In this document: positions 9,064 to 19,639 of the stretch, in pieces
Position numbering within the stretch: the first letter of the stretch is position 1
Layout of the letters: each line of letters begins with the position of its first letter
Assembly (NCBI GenBank): GCA_963665295.1
Contig: OY762209.1
Location: 2,528,001 to 2,592,000 of the forward strand
Source of the DNA: Syntrophorhabdaceae bacterium
GTDB lineage: Bacteria > Desulfobacterota > Syntrophorhabdia > Syntrophorhabdales > Syntrophorhabdaceae
Reading direction: 5' to 3'
DNA: 64,000 nucleotides
The notes under the pieces: model-generated
The model's database searches: none
What the model was told of the DNA's origin: nothing
What the model saw: the letters and a program-made list of their open reading frames with translations, nothing else
Made by a program: the position numbers and the translations under genes

Positions 9064-9092
9064 AAGGCCTTTGAGGCGGTAAAGGCCTTTTT
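9064..9092 (+). terminator. Rho-independent terminator
   Basis: AAGGCCTTT-N8-AAAGGCCTT followed by T residues. Confidence 0.6.
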
Positions 9093-9135
9093 GGGAAATT
9101 GTGCCTGCCATGGATTTTTGGTCTGCGGAGTCGGG

Positions 9136-9496
9136 TTAGAAACTGCAGCGCACCCCGGCAAAGAAGGTCCTTCCCGCCTGAGGGTACCCGTTCTGATACT
9201 GGTAGCTTCGGTTAAAGAGGTTGTTCACCCCGCCTTCGAGGATAAAGTTCTTCATTGCCTCATACATGACTTTTCCATTCGCGACGGCTGCGGGGCCCGA
9301 TTCGTTGACCCCGTCGCTCGTGGTGGTCCGGCTGGAGGTATATTCAAAGGTCCCGAGGACACTCAAGCCCGTGAGCGGTGTCCGGTATTTCATGTTCGCG
9401 AAGACCTTATGGGCCGGCACATCCGTGAGCCTGACATAGGCGCCTGAAGACCTGTCGTTGCACCTGTTGAGATAGGTGTAGTTGAGTCCGCGTCCA
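9136..9496 (-). pseudogene. 3' remnant of the TonB-dependent receptor gene
   Basis: 9155-9491 reads identical to 30515-30851, then jumps directly into sequence homologous to 32832 onward (~2 kb deleted). Confidence 0.88.
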
Positions 9497-9634
9497 TTGA
9501 CCTTGGATATGGAACGTGCCGAATGCCCCGATTTCCGGAAAATATTTCTGACGGGATGTATGGCATAAAATGCGATAACACCTCAAATAACGCACACATA
9601 GGACGCATTTTGGCATTATCCGGCACAAAAATAC

Positions 9635-9696
9635 TTGACAGCGTTATCGCTAGCAATATACAACGCAGCTATCGGTGGCTCTTATTATATACAACG
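9635..9696 (+). promoter_or_regulatory. Promoter (TTGACA-N16-TATACA) overlapped by two ModE-like boxes
   Basis: CGTT-N16-AACG at 9642-9665 and CGGT-N16-AACG at 9673-9696. Confidence 0.6.
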
Positions 9697-9887
9697 GGAA
9701 CATGTGACGACCCTAAAGTCCGACCGGAAGGTCCGGACGGTAGAGTTTCGCCGGTGCCTTGGCGACCTGTGAACCTGCAGTCTCATACATGGATTCCCCT
9801 GACGCGGGACCTACCGGAAGAGCGACCGGCGGTTCTCACCCATGAGGAGGAAGTTCGGGTGTCTCAAAAGGATAGAAGAGGAAAGGG

Positions 9888-12803
9888 ATGAGGAAGGAAT
9901 TGGAACACTGCCGAAGAAGACGCGTCACCATGGCCTTATGGTTTTTCACGACATGCCTTCTCATTGCATCAATCCCCGTACATGCAAAGACAAAAAACCT
10001 TCTTGAGTTCAACTCCGGAAGCCATGTCCTGGGCTTTTCCTCCGGGTCCATGTACATGGCCTCCGGCACCCATGTGCTGAGGGTAGAGTTCGTGGGTGGG
10101 AAGTCGGTAGCCCCCGTCTCCAAGGAGGGACTCTCCTCCGATGGGAAGGCCCCTCCCTTGAGCAAGGTAATCTATCCGAACATATGGGACGGAGTGGACA
10201 TCGTCTATGAAGGAGCCAAAGGCTCCATCGTGAAGTCTACCTATACGGTGGCTGCGGGCAAGGCCCCCGGTTCCATCCGCCTCCGCTACAACCGGCCCCT
10301 TACCCTGGATAAGAAGGGCAACCTCGTGGTCCGCTTCGAGACGGGGGAAATGACGGAAAGCAGGCCCGTCGCGTGGCAGGTCGTGGAGGGCAAAAAGAAA
10401 CCCGTCATGGTGGCGTACAACCTCCAATCGGATAAGGAAGTGGGGTTTACGGTAAAGGATTATGACACAAGCCTGCCGCTGGTGATAGACCCCTATTTTT
10501 CGTGGAATACCTTCCTCGGGGGAAGCGGCACCGATTACGGATACGCCATAGCCGTGGATTCCGGCGGGAACATCTATGTGGCGGGAGCGAGCAGCGCGAC
10601 GTGGGGGACGAGCCCTGTAAGGGCATACACCTCAAACTATGATGCCTTCGTGGCCAAGCTGACGGCCGACGGGGTACTCGTCTGGAACACTTTCGTTGGG
10701 GGAGACGGCGTTGATTATAGTCAGGCGGTAACGGTCGATTCCGCAGGTAACGTCTATGTAGCAGGCATCAGCACCGCCGCGTGGGGCGCCCCGGTGAGGG
10801 GCTACACATCAGGCTACGACGGTTTCGCCGCCAAGCTTACTCCTGACGGCGCCCTGGTGTGGAACACCTTCCTCGGGGGGAAGGGCAATGACTGGGGAAG
10901 CGGTATAGCCGTGGATTTGGCTGGAAATACCTACGTGACCGGATACGGCGACGGCGCATGGGGCTCGCCGATAAGGGGCTACGCAGGGGGGAATTACGAC
11001 GGTTTCGCCGCCAAACTTACTCCTGACGGCGCCCTGGTGTGGAACACCTTCCTCGGAAGCTATTTCGAGGACCACGGCACCGCCATAGCTGCGGATTCAG
11101 GCGGGAACGTGTATGTAGCCGGGCGCAGCGTCGGATCGTGGGGTACGCCGGTCAGGGACTACACAGCAGGCTATGACGCCTTCGTGGCGAAACTGACGGG
11201 CAACGGCGCCCTTATCTGGACCACCTTCCTTGGAGGTTACGACAGCGACTGGGGAAACGCGATAACCGTGGACTCGAACGATTACGTCTACGTAGCGGGA
11301 GACAGCTATGCAACATGGGGACTGCCTAAGAGGCCTTACAATGCCGACCTTGACGCCTTCGCCGCCAAACTTACTCCTGACGGCGCCCTCATCTGGAACA
11401 CCTTCCTGGGGGGGAAAGGGGCCGACCGCGGCAAGGGCATCGCCGTGGATTCGAGCGGCAATGCGCATGTGACGGGATACAGCACTGCCGCATGGGGCGC
11501 CCCGGTGCGGGGCTACGCATCCGACGACGACGCTTTTGTCGCTGAACTGGGCACCACCGATGGAATGCTTTTGTGGAGTGCCTTTCTCGGAGGAAGTGGG
11601 TCCGACCAGGGGTGGGGCGTCGCCGTAGATTCAAGCGGCGGGGTTTGTGTGGCCGGATACAGCACTGCCGCATGGGGCGCCCCGGTGAGGGGATACACAT
11701 CAGGCTACGACGCCTTTGTCGCCAGGTTCGGCTATTCAGGCACCTTTTCCCTTTCTGTGGCAACGGCCGGCACCGGGAGCGGCTCGGTTACCAGCAGTCC
11801 CTCCGGCATCGACTGCGGCTCCACATGCGTGGGTTCCTTCTCCCTGGGGTCGTCTGTCACCCTCACGGCCAACGCAAACACGGGCTCCACCTTCCGGGGC
11901 TTCACAGGCTGCGACTCTACCTCAAACAACACCTGTAAGGTGTTCTTAACCTCCGACAGGATCGTCACCGCGACGTTTACCACCACCGGGGCCTGTACCT
12001 ACACTATCTCTCCCGCGAGGGCGTCCTTTGCCTACAAAGGGGGCAGCGCCAACGTCACCGTTCAGGCCACGGGGACGAACTGCGCAAGCCCGTTCGTCTA
12101 CGTGAGCGATACGTGGATAGGGGCGAGCCTCACCTCATTCAAAAACAACAAGGGAACGGTAAAAGTAACCGCCCCGGCCAACAATTCCGTCACGGAGAGA
12201 AAAGGCGAGGTGACCATAGAGACGAATACCTTTACCATCACCCAGGTGGGATCCCCTTGTTCGCTTACTTCCATCTCTCCCACGAGCAAGACCTTCACCG
12301 CCTCGGGAGGATCACACTCGTTCGCCGTCACCGCCACCACAGGCTGCGGGTGGAGTGTATTATTAAATGCGGACTGGCTCACTCCCTTCACCGTTACCGG
12401 GACGGGAACGGACTCCGTCTCTTATGCCGCCCCGGTGAACACCACCGGAAAGCAGAGAAGCGGGAAGATCACTGTGTTCCTCACCGATACCCCAACAAAG
12501 AAGAAGGTGTTTACGGCCAAGCAATCCCCCTGTACCCTCACCATCTCCCCGACTGCCGACACCTTTATCTCTGAGGGGGGATCGGGTTTGCTTATTGTCA
12601 CCGCCCCCGAGGGTTGCCCGTGGAGTGTGTCGTCAAATGCGGACTGGCTCACCACCGGGACCGGCTCGGGGAGCGGAGAGGTTTTTGTCTCCTACACGGC
12701 CCTTAAGAACACTACGGGGAAGCAGAGGAGTGGGAAGATCACCGTATTCCTCACCGACACCCCTTCCAAGAAGAAGGCGTGTACGGTGACGGAGAAGAAA
12801 TAG
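9888..12803 (+). CDS. Secreted SBBP-repeat beta-propeller protein 1 (conserved N-domain, InlB-B-like and BACON-like domains)
   Basis: Signal peptide; ~170-aa N-domain ending PLVIDP; seven WxTFLGG..D.G..IAVD..GN.YV.G repeats; Cys-rich Ig-like modules; ends TEKK. Confidence 0.9.
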   Translation: MRKELEHCRRRRVTMALWFFTTCLLIASIPVHAKTKNLLEFNSGSHVLGFSSGSMYMASGTHVLRVEFVGGKSVAPVSKEGLSSDGKAPPLSKVIYPNIWDGVDIVYEGAKGSIVKSTYTVAAGKAPGSIRLRYNRPLTLDKKGNLVVRFETGEMTESRPVAWQVVEGKKKPVMVAYNLQSDKEVGFTVKDYDTSLPLVIDPYFSWNTFLGGSGTDYGYAIAVDSGGNIYVAGASSATWGTSPVRAYTSNYDAFVAKLTADGVLVWNTFVGGDGVDYSQAVTVDSAGNVYVAGISTAAWGAPVRGYTSGYDGFAAKLTPDGALVWNTFLGGKGNDWGSGIAVDLAGNTYVTGYGDGAWGSPIRGYAGGNYDGFAAKLTPDGALVWNTFLGSYFEDHGTAIAADSGGNVYVAGRSVGSWGTPVRDYTAGYDAFVAKLTGNGALIWTTFLGGYDSDWGNAITVDSNDYVYVAGDSYATWGLPKRPYNADLDAFAAKLTPDGALIWNTFLGGKGADRGKGIAVDSSGNAHVTGYSTAAWGAPVRGYASDDDAFVAELGTTDGMLLWSAFLGGSGSDQGWGVAVDSSGGVCVAGYSTAAWGAPVRGYTSGYDAFVARFGYSGTFSLSVATAGTGSGSVTSSPSGIDCGSTCVGSFSLGSSVTLTANANTGSTFRGFTGCDSTSNNTCKVFLTSDRIVTATFTTTGACTYTISPARASFAYKGGSANVTVQATGTNCASPFVYVSDTWIGASLTSFKNNKGTVKVTAPANNSVTERKGEVTIETNTFTITQVGSPCSLTSISPTSKTFTASGGSHSFAVTATTGCGWSVLLNADWLTPFTVTGTGTDSVSYAAPVNTTGKQRSGKITVFLTDTPTKKKVFTAKQSPCTLTISPTADTFISEGGSGLLIVTAPEGCPWSVSSNADWLTTGTGSGSGEVFVSYTALKNTTGKQRSGKITVFLTDTPSKKKACTVTEKK

Positions 12804-12871
12804 AAGAATCGGCCCCTCCCTCCATGAGAGGGGCACAGAGATAGATATCACTTTACACAAAGGAGCGAGAG

Positions 12872-15800
12872 ATGACAAGAAAACCGACGTACCACCGAAC
12901 ATGGTTCACCATTACTCCATGCCTCTTCACGGCATGCCTTCTCGTTGCGATGCTCTTTGCCTCGGCACATGCAAAGACAGCCGACGGGAAGGACCTCCTC
13001 CAGTTCACCTCGAAGGGCCATATCCTCGGCTTCTCTCCCGGTTCCATGTATATGGCTTCAGGCTCCCATATGCTCAAGGTGGAGTTTCTGGGAGGAAAGT
13101 CCGTCTCTCCCGTCTCCAAGGAAGGACCCTCCTCCGATGGAAAGGCCCCTCCCTTGAGCAAGGTAACCTATCCGAACATATGGGACGGAGTGGACATCGT
13201 CTATGAAGGAGCCAAAGGCTCCATCGTGAAGTCTACCTATACGGTGGCTGCGGGCAAGGCCCCAGGTTCCATCCGCCTCCGCTATAACAGACCCCTTACC
13301 CTCGATGAGAAGGGCAACCTCGTGGTCCGCTACGAAACCGGCACTATCACGGAATCCAAACCCATTGCCTGGCAGGTCATAGAAGGAAAGAAGAAGCCCG
13401 TCATGGTGGCGTACAACCTCCAATCGGATAAGGAAGTGGGGTTTACGGTAAAGGATTACGATAAGAGCATTCCGTTGGTTATCGACCCCTCTTTTGGGTG
13501 GTACACCTTCCTCGGAGGCAGCGGTACGGATTATGGACAGGCCATAGCCCTCGATTCGAGCGGGAACATCTATGTGGCAGGCTACAGCAGCGCCGCATGG
13601 ACGGAGACCCCGGTCAGGGCCTACTACGGGTCGGGCACCGACGCCTTCGTGGCCAAACTGAATCCCGACGGGTCCCTCGCCTGGTACACCTTCCTCGGGG
13701 GCAGCGGCACTGATAACGGATACGCCATAGCCCTCGATTCGAACGCCAACATCTATGTGACGGGCCAGAGCAACGCCACCTGGGGCTCGCCGCTGCAGGC
13801 TTACACATCAGGCTATGACGCCTTCGTGGCCAAACTGAATGCCTCCGGATCCCTCGTCTGGCACAGCTTCCTCGGGGGGAGCGGAAGTGATTGCGGGCAG
13901 GCCATAGCCCTCGATTCGAACGCCAACATCTATGTGACGGGCCAGAGCAACGCCACCTGGAGATCGCCGCTGCGGGCTTACACATCAGGCTATGACGCCT
14001 TCGTGGCCAAACTGACCACCGACGGCAGTCTCGTCTGGCACAGCTTCCTCGGGGGCAGCGGCACTGATAACGGATACGCCATAGCCCTCGATTCGAACGC
14101 CAACATCTATGTGACGGGGCGCAGCAGCGCCACCTGGGAAAGCCCGGTCAGGGCTTACACATCAGGCTATGACGCCTTCGTGGCCAAACTGACCACCGAC
14201 GGAAGCTTCCTGTGGAACACCTTCCTCGGCGGCAGTAGTACGGATTACGGGCAGGCCATAGCCCTCGATTCCGGCGGGAACATCTATGTGGCAGGCTACG
14301 GCAGCGCTGCATGGACGGAGACCCCGGTCAGGGCCTACGACGGGTCGGGCACCGACGCCTTCGTGGCCAGACTGAATCCCGACGGGTCCCTCGTCTGGCA
14401 TACCTTCCTCGGCGGCAGCGGCACTGATTACGGACAGGCTATCACCCTCGATTCCGGCGGCAATATCTATGTGACAGGACGCAGCAACGCCGCATGGACG
14501 GAGACCCCGGAGAGGGCTTACACATCAGGCTATGACGCCTTCGTGGCCAGACTGACCACCGATGGCAACCTCACCGGCCATACCTTCCTCGGCGGCAGCG
14601 GCACTGATTACGGCTACGGCGTAGCCCTCGATTCGAGCGACAACATCTACGTGACGGGCTGCAGCAGCACCGCATGGACGGAGACCCCGGTGAGGGTCTA
14701 CACGTCGAGCTATGACGCCTTCGTGGCCAGGGTCATGTTCCCTCCGCTCAGGTCCATGTCGGTCTCAGTGACGGGTGCGGGGACCGGCACGGTGACGAGC
14801 AGTCCCTCGGGCATTAACTGCGGCTCGACCTGTTCGGCTGCTTTCAGCCAGGAAACGACCGTTACCCTCACGGCTGTTGCGGGGGCCCACTCGGTCTTCA
14901 CCGGCTGGACCGGAGGGGGGTGCAGCGGAAACGGAACGTGCGTAATCACATTGGCCGGCGAAGACATTACTGTGACCGCGGAATTCTCCCTGGTCACCTT
15001 CACGGTGGGCGCATCGGTTGAGGGCGGCCACGGGACCGTGTCCCCGGACACCCAGGCCGTGACCTACAACACTTCTGCGACGATCACCATGACCCCCGAT
15101 CCGGGATACCACGTGGCGGGCGTGAGCGACACGGTGCAGGAAGCGCGGGGCGCGAAAAAAGGCTCGGTCACAAAGAAGGCGGTAAAACCGGCCGGTTCCG
15201 CCCCCACCTATACCATAAACCGCGTTACCGCCAACCATGCCGTAGTAGTCACCTACGAGGCCGATCCCGAAACCCTCACCGCGAGGAAAACAGGCACGGG
15301 AAGCGGTACTCTCTCGGCCTCGGGCCTCACCTGCTCCGGCCTCACCTGCTCGGGGACATATGGGTATAATACTACGGTCACCATCACCGCCACTCCCGAT
15401 ACGGGTTCTTCCTTCACGGGATGGACCGGCTGCGACTCCACGTCGGGCCTCACCTGCGTGATCGCCATGACCGCCACCAGGAGTGTCACAGCCAACTTCG
15501 ACATAAGCAACTCATGCACCTACGCGGTCTCGTGGACGGACAAGGTTTTCGGCCACAAAGGAGGGAGCGCCAATATTACTCTCAGGGCCACGGGGGGCAA
15601 GACCTGCGCGAACCCCGAGGTTGCCTCGGAGGACGCCTGGGTAGGGGTCAGTCTGAGCGCGTTCAAGAACAACAAGGGCACTGTAAAGATAAGCGTTTTG
15701 CCCAACGACGGGGCGACGGAGAGGACCGGCACCGTGAGCATACGGGGTAACGCCTTCCACGTGGTCCAGGCCGGAGCGCCATGCTCCGTCTTCCTTCCTG

Positions 15801-16054
15801 CGACGAGCGACACCCTGGATGCAGAAGGAGGACCGCACTCCTTTGCCGTCAATGCCCCCACGGGCTGCGCATGGAGCGTATCATCATCGGAGGACTGGCT
15901 GACAGGCATCACCAGTGCGGGAACAGGGACGGGACTCGTCTCCTACATCGCCTCCGGGAATACCACGGGGAAGCAGAGGAGTGGGAAGATCACCGTATTC
16001 CTCACCGACACCCCTTCCAAGAAGAAGGTGTTTACGGTGAAAGAGAAGAAATAA
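12872..16054 (+). CDS. Secreted SBBP-repeat beta-propeller protein 2
   Basis: Same architecture; AAGGAG RBS. Confidence 0.9.
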   Translation: MTRKPTYHRTWFTITPCLFTACLLVAMLFASAHAKTADGKDLLQFTSKGHILGFSPGSMYMASGSHMLKVEFLGGKSVSPVSKEGPSSDGKAPPLSKVTYPNIWDGVDIVYEGAKGSIVKSTYTVAAGKAPGSIRLRYNRPLTLDEKGNLVVRYETGTITESKPIAWQVIEGKKKPVMVAYNLQSDKEVGFTVKDYDKSIPLVIDPSFGWYTFLGGSGTDYGQAIALDSSGNIYVAGYSSAAWTETPVRAYYGSGTDAFVAKLNPDGSLAWYTFLGGSGTDNGYAIALDSNANIYVTGQSNATWGSPLQAYTSGYDAFVAKLNASGSLVWHSFLGGSGSDCGQAIALDSNANIYVTGQSNATWRSPLRAYTSGYDAFVAKLTTDGSLVWHSFLGGSGTDNGYAIALDSNANIYVTGRSSATWESPVRAYTSGYDAFVAKLTTDGSFLWNTFLGGSSTDYGQAIALDSGGNIYVAGYGSAAWTETPVRAYDGSGTDAFVARLNPDGSLVWHTFLGGSGTDYGQAITLDSGGNIYVTGRSNAAWTETPERAYTSGYDAFVARLTTDGNLTGHTFLGGSGTDYGYGVALDSSDNIYVTGCSSTAWTETPVRVYTSSYDAFVARVMFPPLRSMSVSVTGAGTGTVTSSPSGINCGSTCSAAFSQETTVTLTAVAGAHSVFTGWTGGGCSGNGTCVITLAGEDITVTAEFSLVTFTVGASVEGGHGTVSPDTQAVTYNTSATITMTPDPGYHVAGVSDTVQEARGAKKGSVTKKAVKPAGSAPTYTINRVTANHAVVVTYEADPETLTARKTGTGSGTLSASGLTCSGLTCSGTYGYNTTVTITATPDTGSSFTGWTGCDSTSGLTCVIAMTATRSVTANFDISNSCTYAVSWTDKVFGHKGGSANITLRATGGKTCANPEVASEDAWVGVSLSAFKNNKGTVKISVLPNDGATERTGTVSIRGNAFHVVQAGAPCSVFLPATSDTLDAEGGPHSFAVNAPTGCAWSVSSSEDWLTGITSAGTGTGLVSYIASGNTTGKQRSGKITVFLTDTPSKKKVFTVKEKK

Positions 16055-16117
16055 AAGTATGAAGCCCCTCCCCGCGGGGGGCGCAGGAAGATAGATAATA
16101 CCTAAAAGGAGCAAGAG

Positions 16118-19100
16118 ATGAAAACAGCATATACACACTCCCCGCATTGCGGAAGACGTCCTGCAGCCCTGTTTCTTTTCCTGGCGTGCCTTCTTCTCTC
16201 CGTTCTTCTCATCCCGAAGGCCTATGCAAAGGAGGCGAATCTCCTCCAGTTCACCTCGAAGGGCCATATCCTCGGCTTCTCTCCCGGTTCCATGTATATG
16301 GCTTCAGGCTCCCATATGCTCAAGGTGGAGTTTCTGGGAGGAAAGTCCGTCTCTCCCGTCTCCAAGGAAGGACCCTCCTCCGATGGAAAGGCCCCTCCCT
16401 TGAGCAAGGTAACCTATCCGAACATATGGGACGGAGTGGACATCGTCTATGAAGGAGCCAAAGGCTCCATCGTGAAGTCTACCTATACGGTGGCTGCGGG
16501 CAAGGCCCCAGGTTCCATCCGCCTCCGCTATAACAGACCCCTTACCCTCGATGAGAAGGGCAACCTCGTGGTCCGCTACGAAACCGGCACTATCACGGAA
16601 TCCAAACCCATTGCCTGGCAGGTCATAGAAGGAAAGAAGAAGCCCGTCATGGTGGCGTACAACCTCCAATCGGATAAGGAAGTGGGGTTTACGGTAAAGG
16701 ATTACGATAAGAGCATTCCGTTGGTTATCGACCCCTCTTTTGGGTGGTACACCTTCCTCGGAGGCAGCAGCTCCGATTACGTGGGGGGCATAGCCATGGA
16801 CTCGAGCGGAAACTTCTATGTGGCGGGACACAGCAACGCCACCTGGGGCACGCCGCTACGGCCTTACACGGGCGGTTGGGACGTTTTTGTCGCAAAACTG
16901 ACTGCCGACGGGCAGCTCGTCTGGAACACCTTCCTCGGTGGGAGCGGTGATGACAGGGGAGGCGGCACCTTGCGCGGGGGGGGCGGCTTTAGCAGGGCGG
17001 GCGGCATAGGCCTTGATTCGAGCGGGAACATCTATGTGGCGGGCACCAGCGGGGCCACGTGGGGAGACTCGGTGAGGGGCTACACGGGAGGCAGCGATGC
17101 CTTCGTCGCAAAACTGACTGCCGACGGGCAGCTCGTCTGGAACACCTTCCTCGGGGGGAGCGGCACTGATTCCGGGACTGCCATGGCCGTGGACGCCGGC
17201 GGGAACGTGTACGTGGTCGGAGACACTGACACCGGGTGGGGAAATCCGATAAACCTCTTCGCGGGGCTTACCGACTGCAGTGTTGCCAAGGTGACGTCAG
17301 ACGGGCAGCTCGCGTGGAACACCTTCTTTGGGTCTTACCTTTTGGATTACGGGTACGGTGTAGCCCTTGACCGGAGCGGCAACGTCTATGTGCTCGGAAC
17401 GAGCCAGGGGGGCGGGTGGGGCTCGCCGGTGAGGGCCTACACGGGAGGCGCCGATGCCTTCGTCGCCAAGATGACTCCCGACGGGGCGCTCACCTGGCAC
17501 GCCTTCCTCGGGGGAAGCGATTGGGATCACGGGTACGGCATAGCAGCGGATGAGAGCGGCAACATCTATACAACGGGATTGAGCAAGAAGACGTGGGGCT
17601 CGCCGGTGAGGGCCTTCTCAGGCGTCCCGGGAAACAGTTGGGACGTCTTCGTCGCCAAGATGACTTCCGACGGGGCGCTCACCTGGAACACCTTCCTCGG
17701 CGGGGCGACTGGGTGTGAGGAGGGGTGGGCCGTAACCTCCGACCCGAGGAACGGCAAAGTCTACGTGACGGGACAGAGCAACTACACGTGGGGCTCGCCG
17801 ATACGGGACTACGGCGGCTACTACGGGGACTCCGACGTCTTCGTCGCCGGGCTGGCTGCCGACGGAGAATTGATATGGAATACCTTCCTCCAATCGGGCA
17901 GCAACTCCGGCCCAGGCGGCATAGCGCTTGATTCGCAGAGAGACATCTACATCGCGGGGCTGACCACCGGCACGAAGTGGGGCTCGCCGATACGGGCCTA
18001 CTCCGGAGGCTACGACGGCTTCCTCATGAAGATCAACCGGGACAAGGAAATTTCCGTCACGTTGACGGGCACGGGAACCGGCACGGTGACAAGCAGCCCC
18101 GCCGGCATCGACTGCGGCTCGATTTGTTCCGCCAGCTTCGCCGAGGGGACGACCGTTACCCTCACGGCCGTTGCGGGGGCGGTCGGCACGACCTTCTACG
18201 GCTGGACCGGCGGGGGATGCAGTGGAACGGGTACCTGTGTGATAACGATGGCCGGCGAGGACATTGCCGTGTCCGCGGAATTCTCCCCCACCATCTATAC
18301 GGTCAACGCATCCGTTTCAGGAGGCCACGGGACCGTATCTCCCGAGACACAGGCCGTTACCCACAAATCCTCGGTGTCCATTACCATGACCCCCGATGCG
18401 GGGTACCATATCGTGACCATCACCGACAATGTCCAGGAGGAGGCTCGGGGCGCGAAAAAGGGCTCAGGCACAAGAAAAGTGGTCAAACCGGTCCGCTCCG
18501 CGAAATCCGGTTCCGGTTATGTGTACAGCATAAGCAGCATCACCGCCAACCATACGGTAGCGGTTGCCTACGAGGCCGACCTCTATACCCTCACCGCGAC
18601 GAAAACGGGCGCGGGGACCGGCACCCTCACCGCGACGGGCCTTGCCTGCTCGGGGAATACGTGCTCCGGGACCTATCCGTACGGAGCATCGGTGACCATC
18701 ACCGCCACTCACGATGCGGGCTCTTCCTTCACGGGATGGACCGGCTGCGACTCCACGTCGGGCAACACGTGCGTGATCGCCATAACCGCCAACAAGAGCG
18801 TTGCCGCCGCCTTCGGCATAAGCGATCCGTGCACCTATACAGTCTCGTGGAAGGATAAGCCCTTCGCGCACAAGGGGGGAAGCGCCACCATCACCGTCAA
18901 GGCCACGGGGGCGAAGACCTGTACGACCCCCACCCCCTCGGCAAGCGACGCGTGGATAACGACGAGCATGGGCTCCTTCGCGAACAACAAGGGAACGGTG
19001 AGGGTGACAATCTCGGCCAACGACTCGGTCACGGAGAGGACCGGCGCCGTCACCATACGGGGCAACAGCTTTCAAGTCACCCAGGACGGAACGCCCTGCA

Positions 19101-19639
19101 CCCTCACCATCTCCTCGACCGGCAATACCCTCTCCCCGGCGGGGGGAACGGACTCCTTTACCGTCAATGCCCCCACGGGCTGCGCATGGAGCGTATCATC
19201 ATCGGAGGACTGGCTGACAGGCATCACCAGTGCGGGAACAGGGACGGGACCCGTCTCCTACACGGCCTCTGAGAATACCACGGGGAAGCAGAGGATCGGG
19301 AAGATCACCGTATTCCTCACCGACACCCCAACGAAGAAGAAAGTATTTACGGTGAAGCAGTCACTCTGCACCCTCACCACCTCCTCGACCGGCAATACCC
19401 TCTCCCCTGTGGGAGGAACGGACTCCTTTACCGTCAATGCCCCCACGGGCTGCGCATGGAGCGTATCATCATCGGAGGACTGGCTGACAGGCATCACCAG
19501 TGCGGGAACAGGGACGGGACCCGTCTCCTACACGGCCTCTGAGAATACCACGGGGAAGCAGAGGAGCGGGAAGATCACCGTATTCCTCACCGACACCCCA
19601 ACGAAGAAGAAAGTGTTTACGGTGACGGAGAAGAAATAG
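16118..19639 (+). CDS. Secreted SBBP-repeat beta-propeller protein 3
   Basis: Same architecture; duplicated terminal BACON-like module. Confidence 0.9.
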   Translation: MKTAYTHSPHCGRRPAALFLFLACLLLSVLLIPKAYAKEANLLQFTSKGHILGFSPGSMYMASGSHMLKVEFLGGKSVSPVSKEGPSSDGKAPPLSKVTYPNIWDGVDIVYEGAKGSIVKSTYTVAAGKAPGSIRLRYNRPLTLDEKGNLVVRYETGTITESKPIAWQVIEGKKKPVMVAYNLQSDKEVGFTVKDYDKSIPLVIDPSFGWYTFLGGSSSDYVGGIAMDSSGNFYVAGHSNATWGTPLRPYTGGWDVFVAKLTADGQLVWNTFLGGSGDDRGGGTLRGGGGFSRAGGIGLDSSGNIYVAGTSGATWGDSVRGYTGGSDAFVAKLTADGQLVWNTFLGGSGTDSGTAMAVDAGGNVYVVGDTDTGWGNPINLFAGLTDCSVAKVTSDGQLAWNTFFGSYLLDYGYGVALDRSGNVYVLGTSQGGGWGSPVRAYTGGADAFVAKMTPDGALTWHAFLGGSDWDHGYGIAADESGNIYTTGLSKKTWGSPVRAFSGVPGNSWDVFVAKMTSDGALTWNTFLGGATGCEEGWAVTSDPRNGKVYVTGQSNYTWGSPIRDYGGYYGDSDVFVAGLAADGELIWNTFLQSGSNSGPGGIALDSQRDIYIAGLTTGTKWGSPIRAYSGGYDGFLMKINRDKEISVTLTGTGTGTVTSSPAGIDCGSICSASFAEGTTVTLTAVAGAVGTTFYGWTGGGCSGTGTCVITMAGEDIAVSAEFSPTIYTVNASVSGGHGTVSPETQAVTHKSSVSITMTPDAGYHIVTITDNVQEEARGAKKGSGTRKVVKPVRSAKSGSGYVYSISSITANHTVAVAYEADLYTLTATKTGAGTGTLTATGLACSGNTCSGTYPYGASVTITATHDAGSSFTGWTGCDSTSGNTCVIAITANKSVAAAFGISDPCTYTVSWKDKPFAHKGGSATITVKATGAKTCTTPTPSASDAWITTSMGSFANNKGTVRVTISANDSVTERTGAVTIRGNSFQVTQDGTPCTLTISSTGNTLSPAGGTDSFTVNAPTGCAWSVSSSEDWLTGITSAGTGTGPVSYTASENTTGKQRIGKITVFLTDTPTKKKVFTVKQSLCTLTTSSTGNTLSPVGGTDSFTVNAPTGCAWSVSSSEDWLTGITSAGTGTGPVSYTASENTTGKQRSGKITVFLTDTPTKKKVFTVTEKK

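Noticed and set aside
9693..9887. Moco or c-di-GMP riboswitch assignment
   Set aside because: Only partial resemblance (CCTAAA...GGTAG; GGAAAGG); other conserved elements were not found by eye, so it is left as an unassigned leader.
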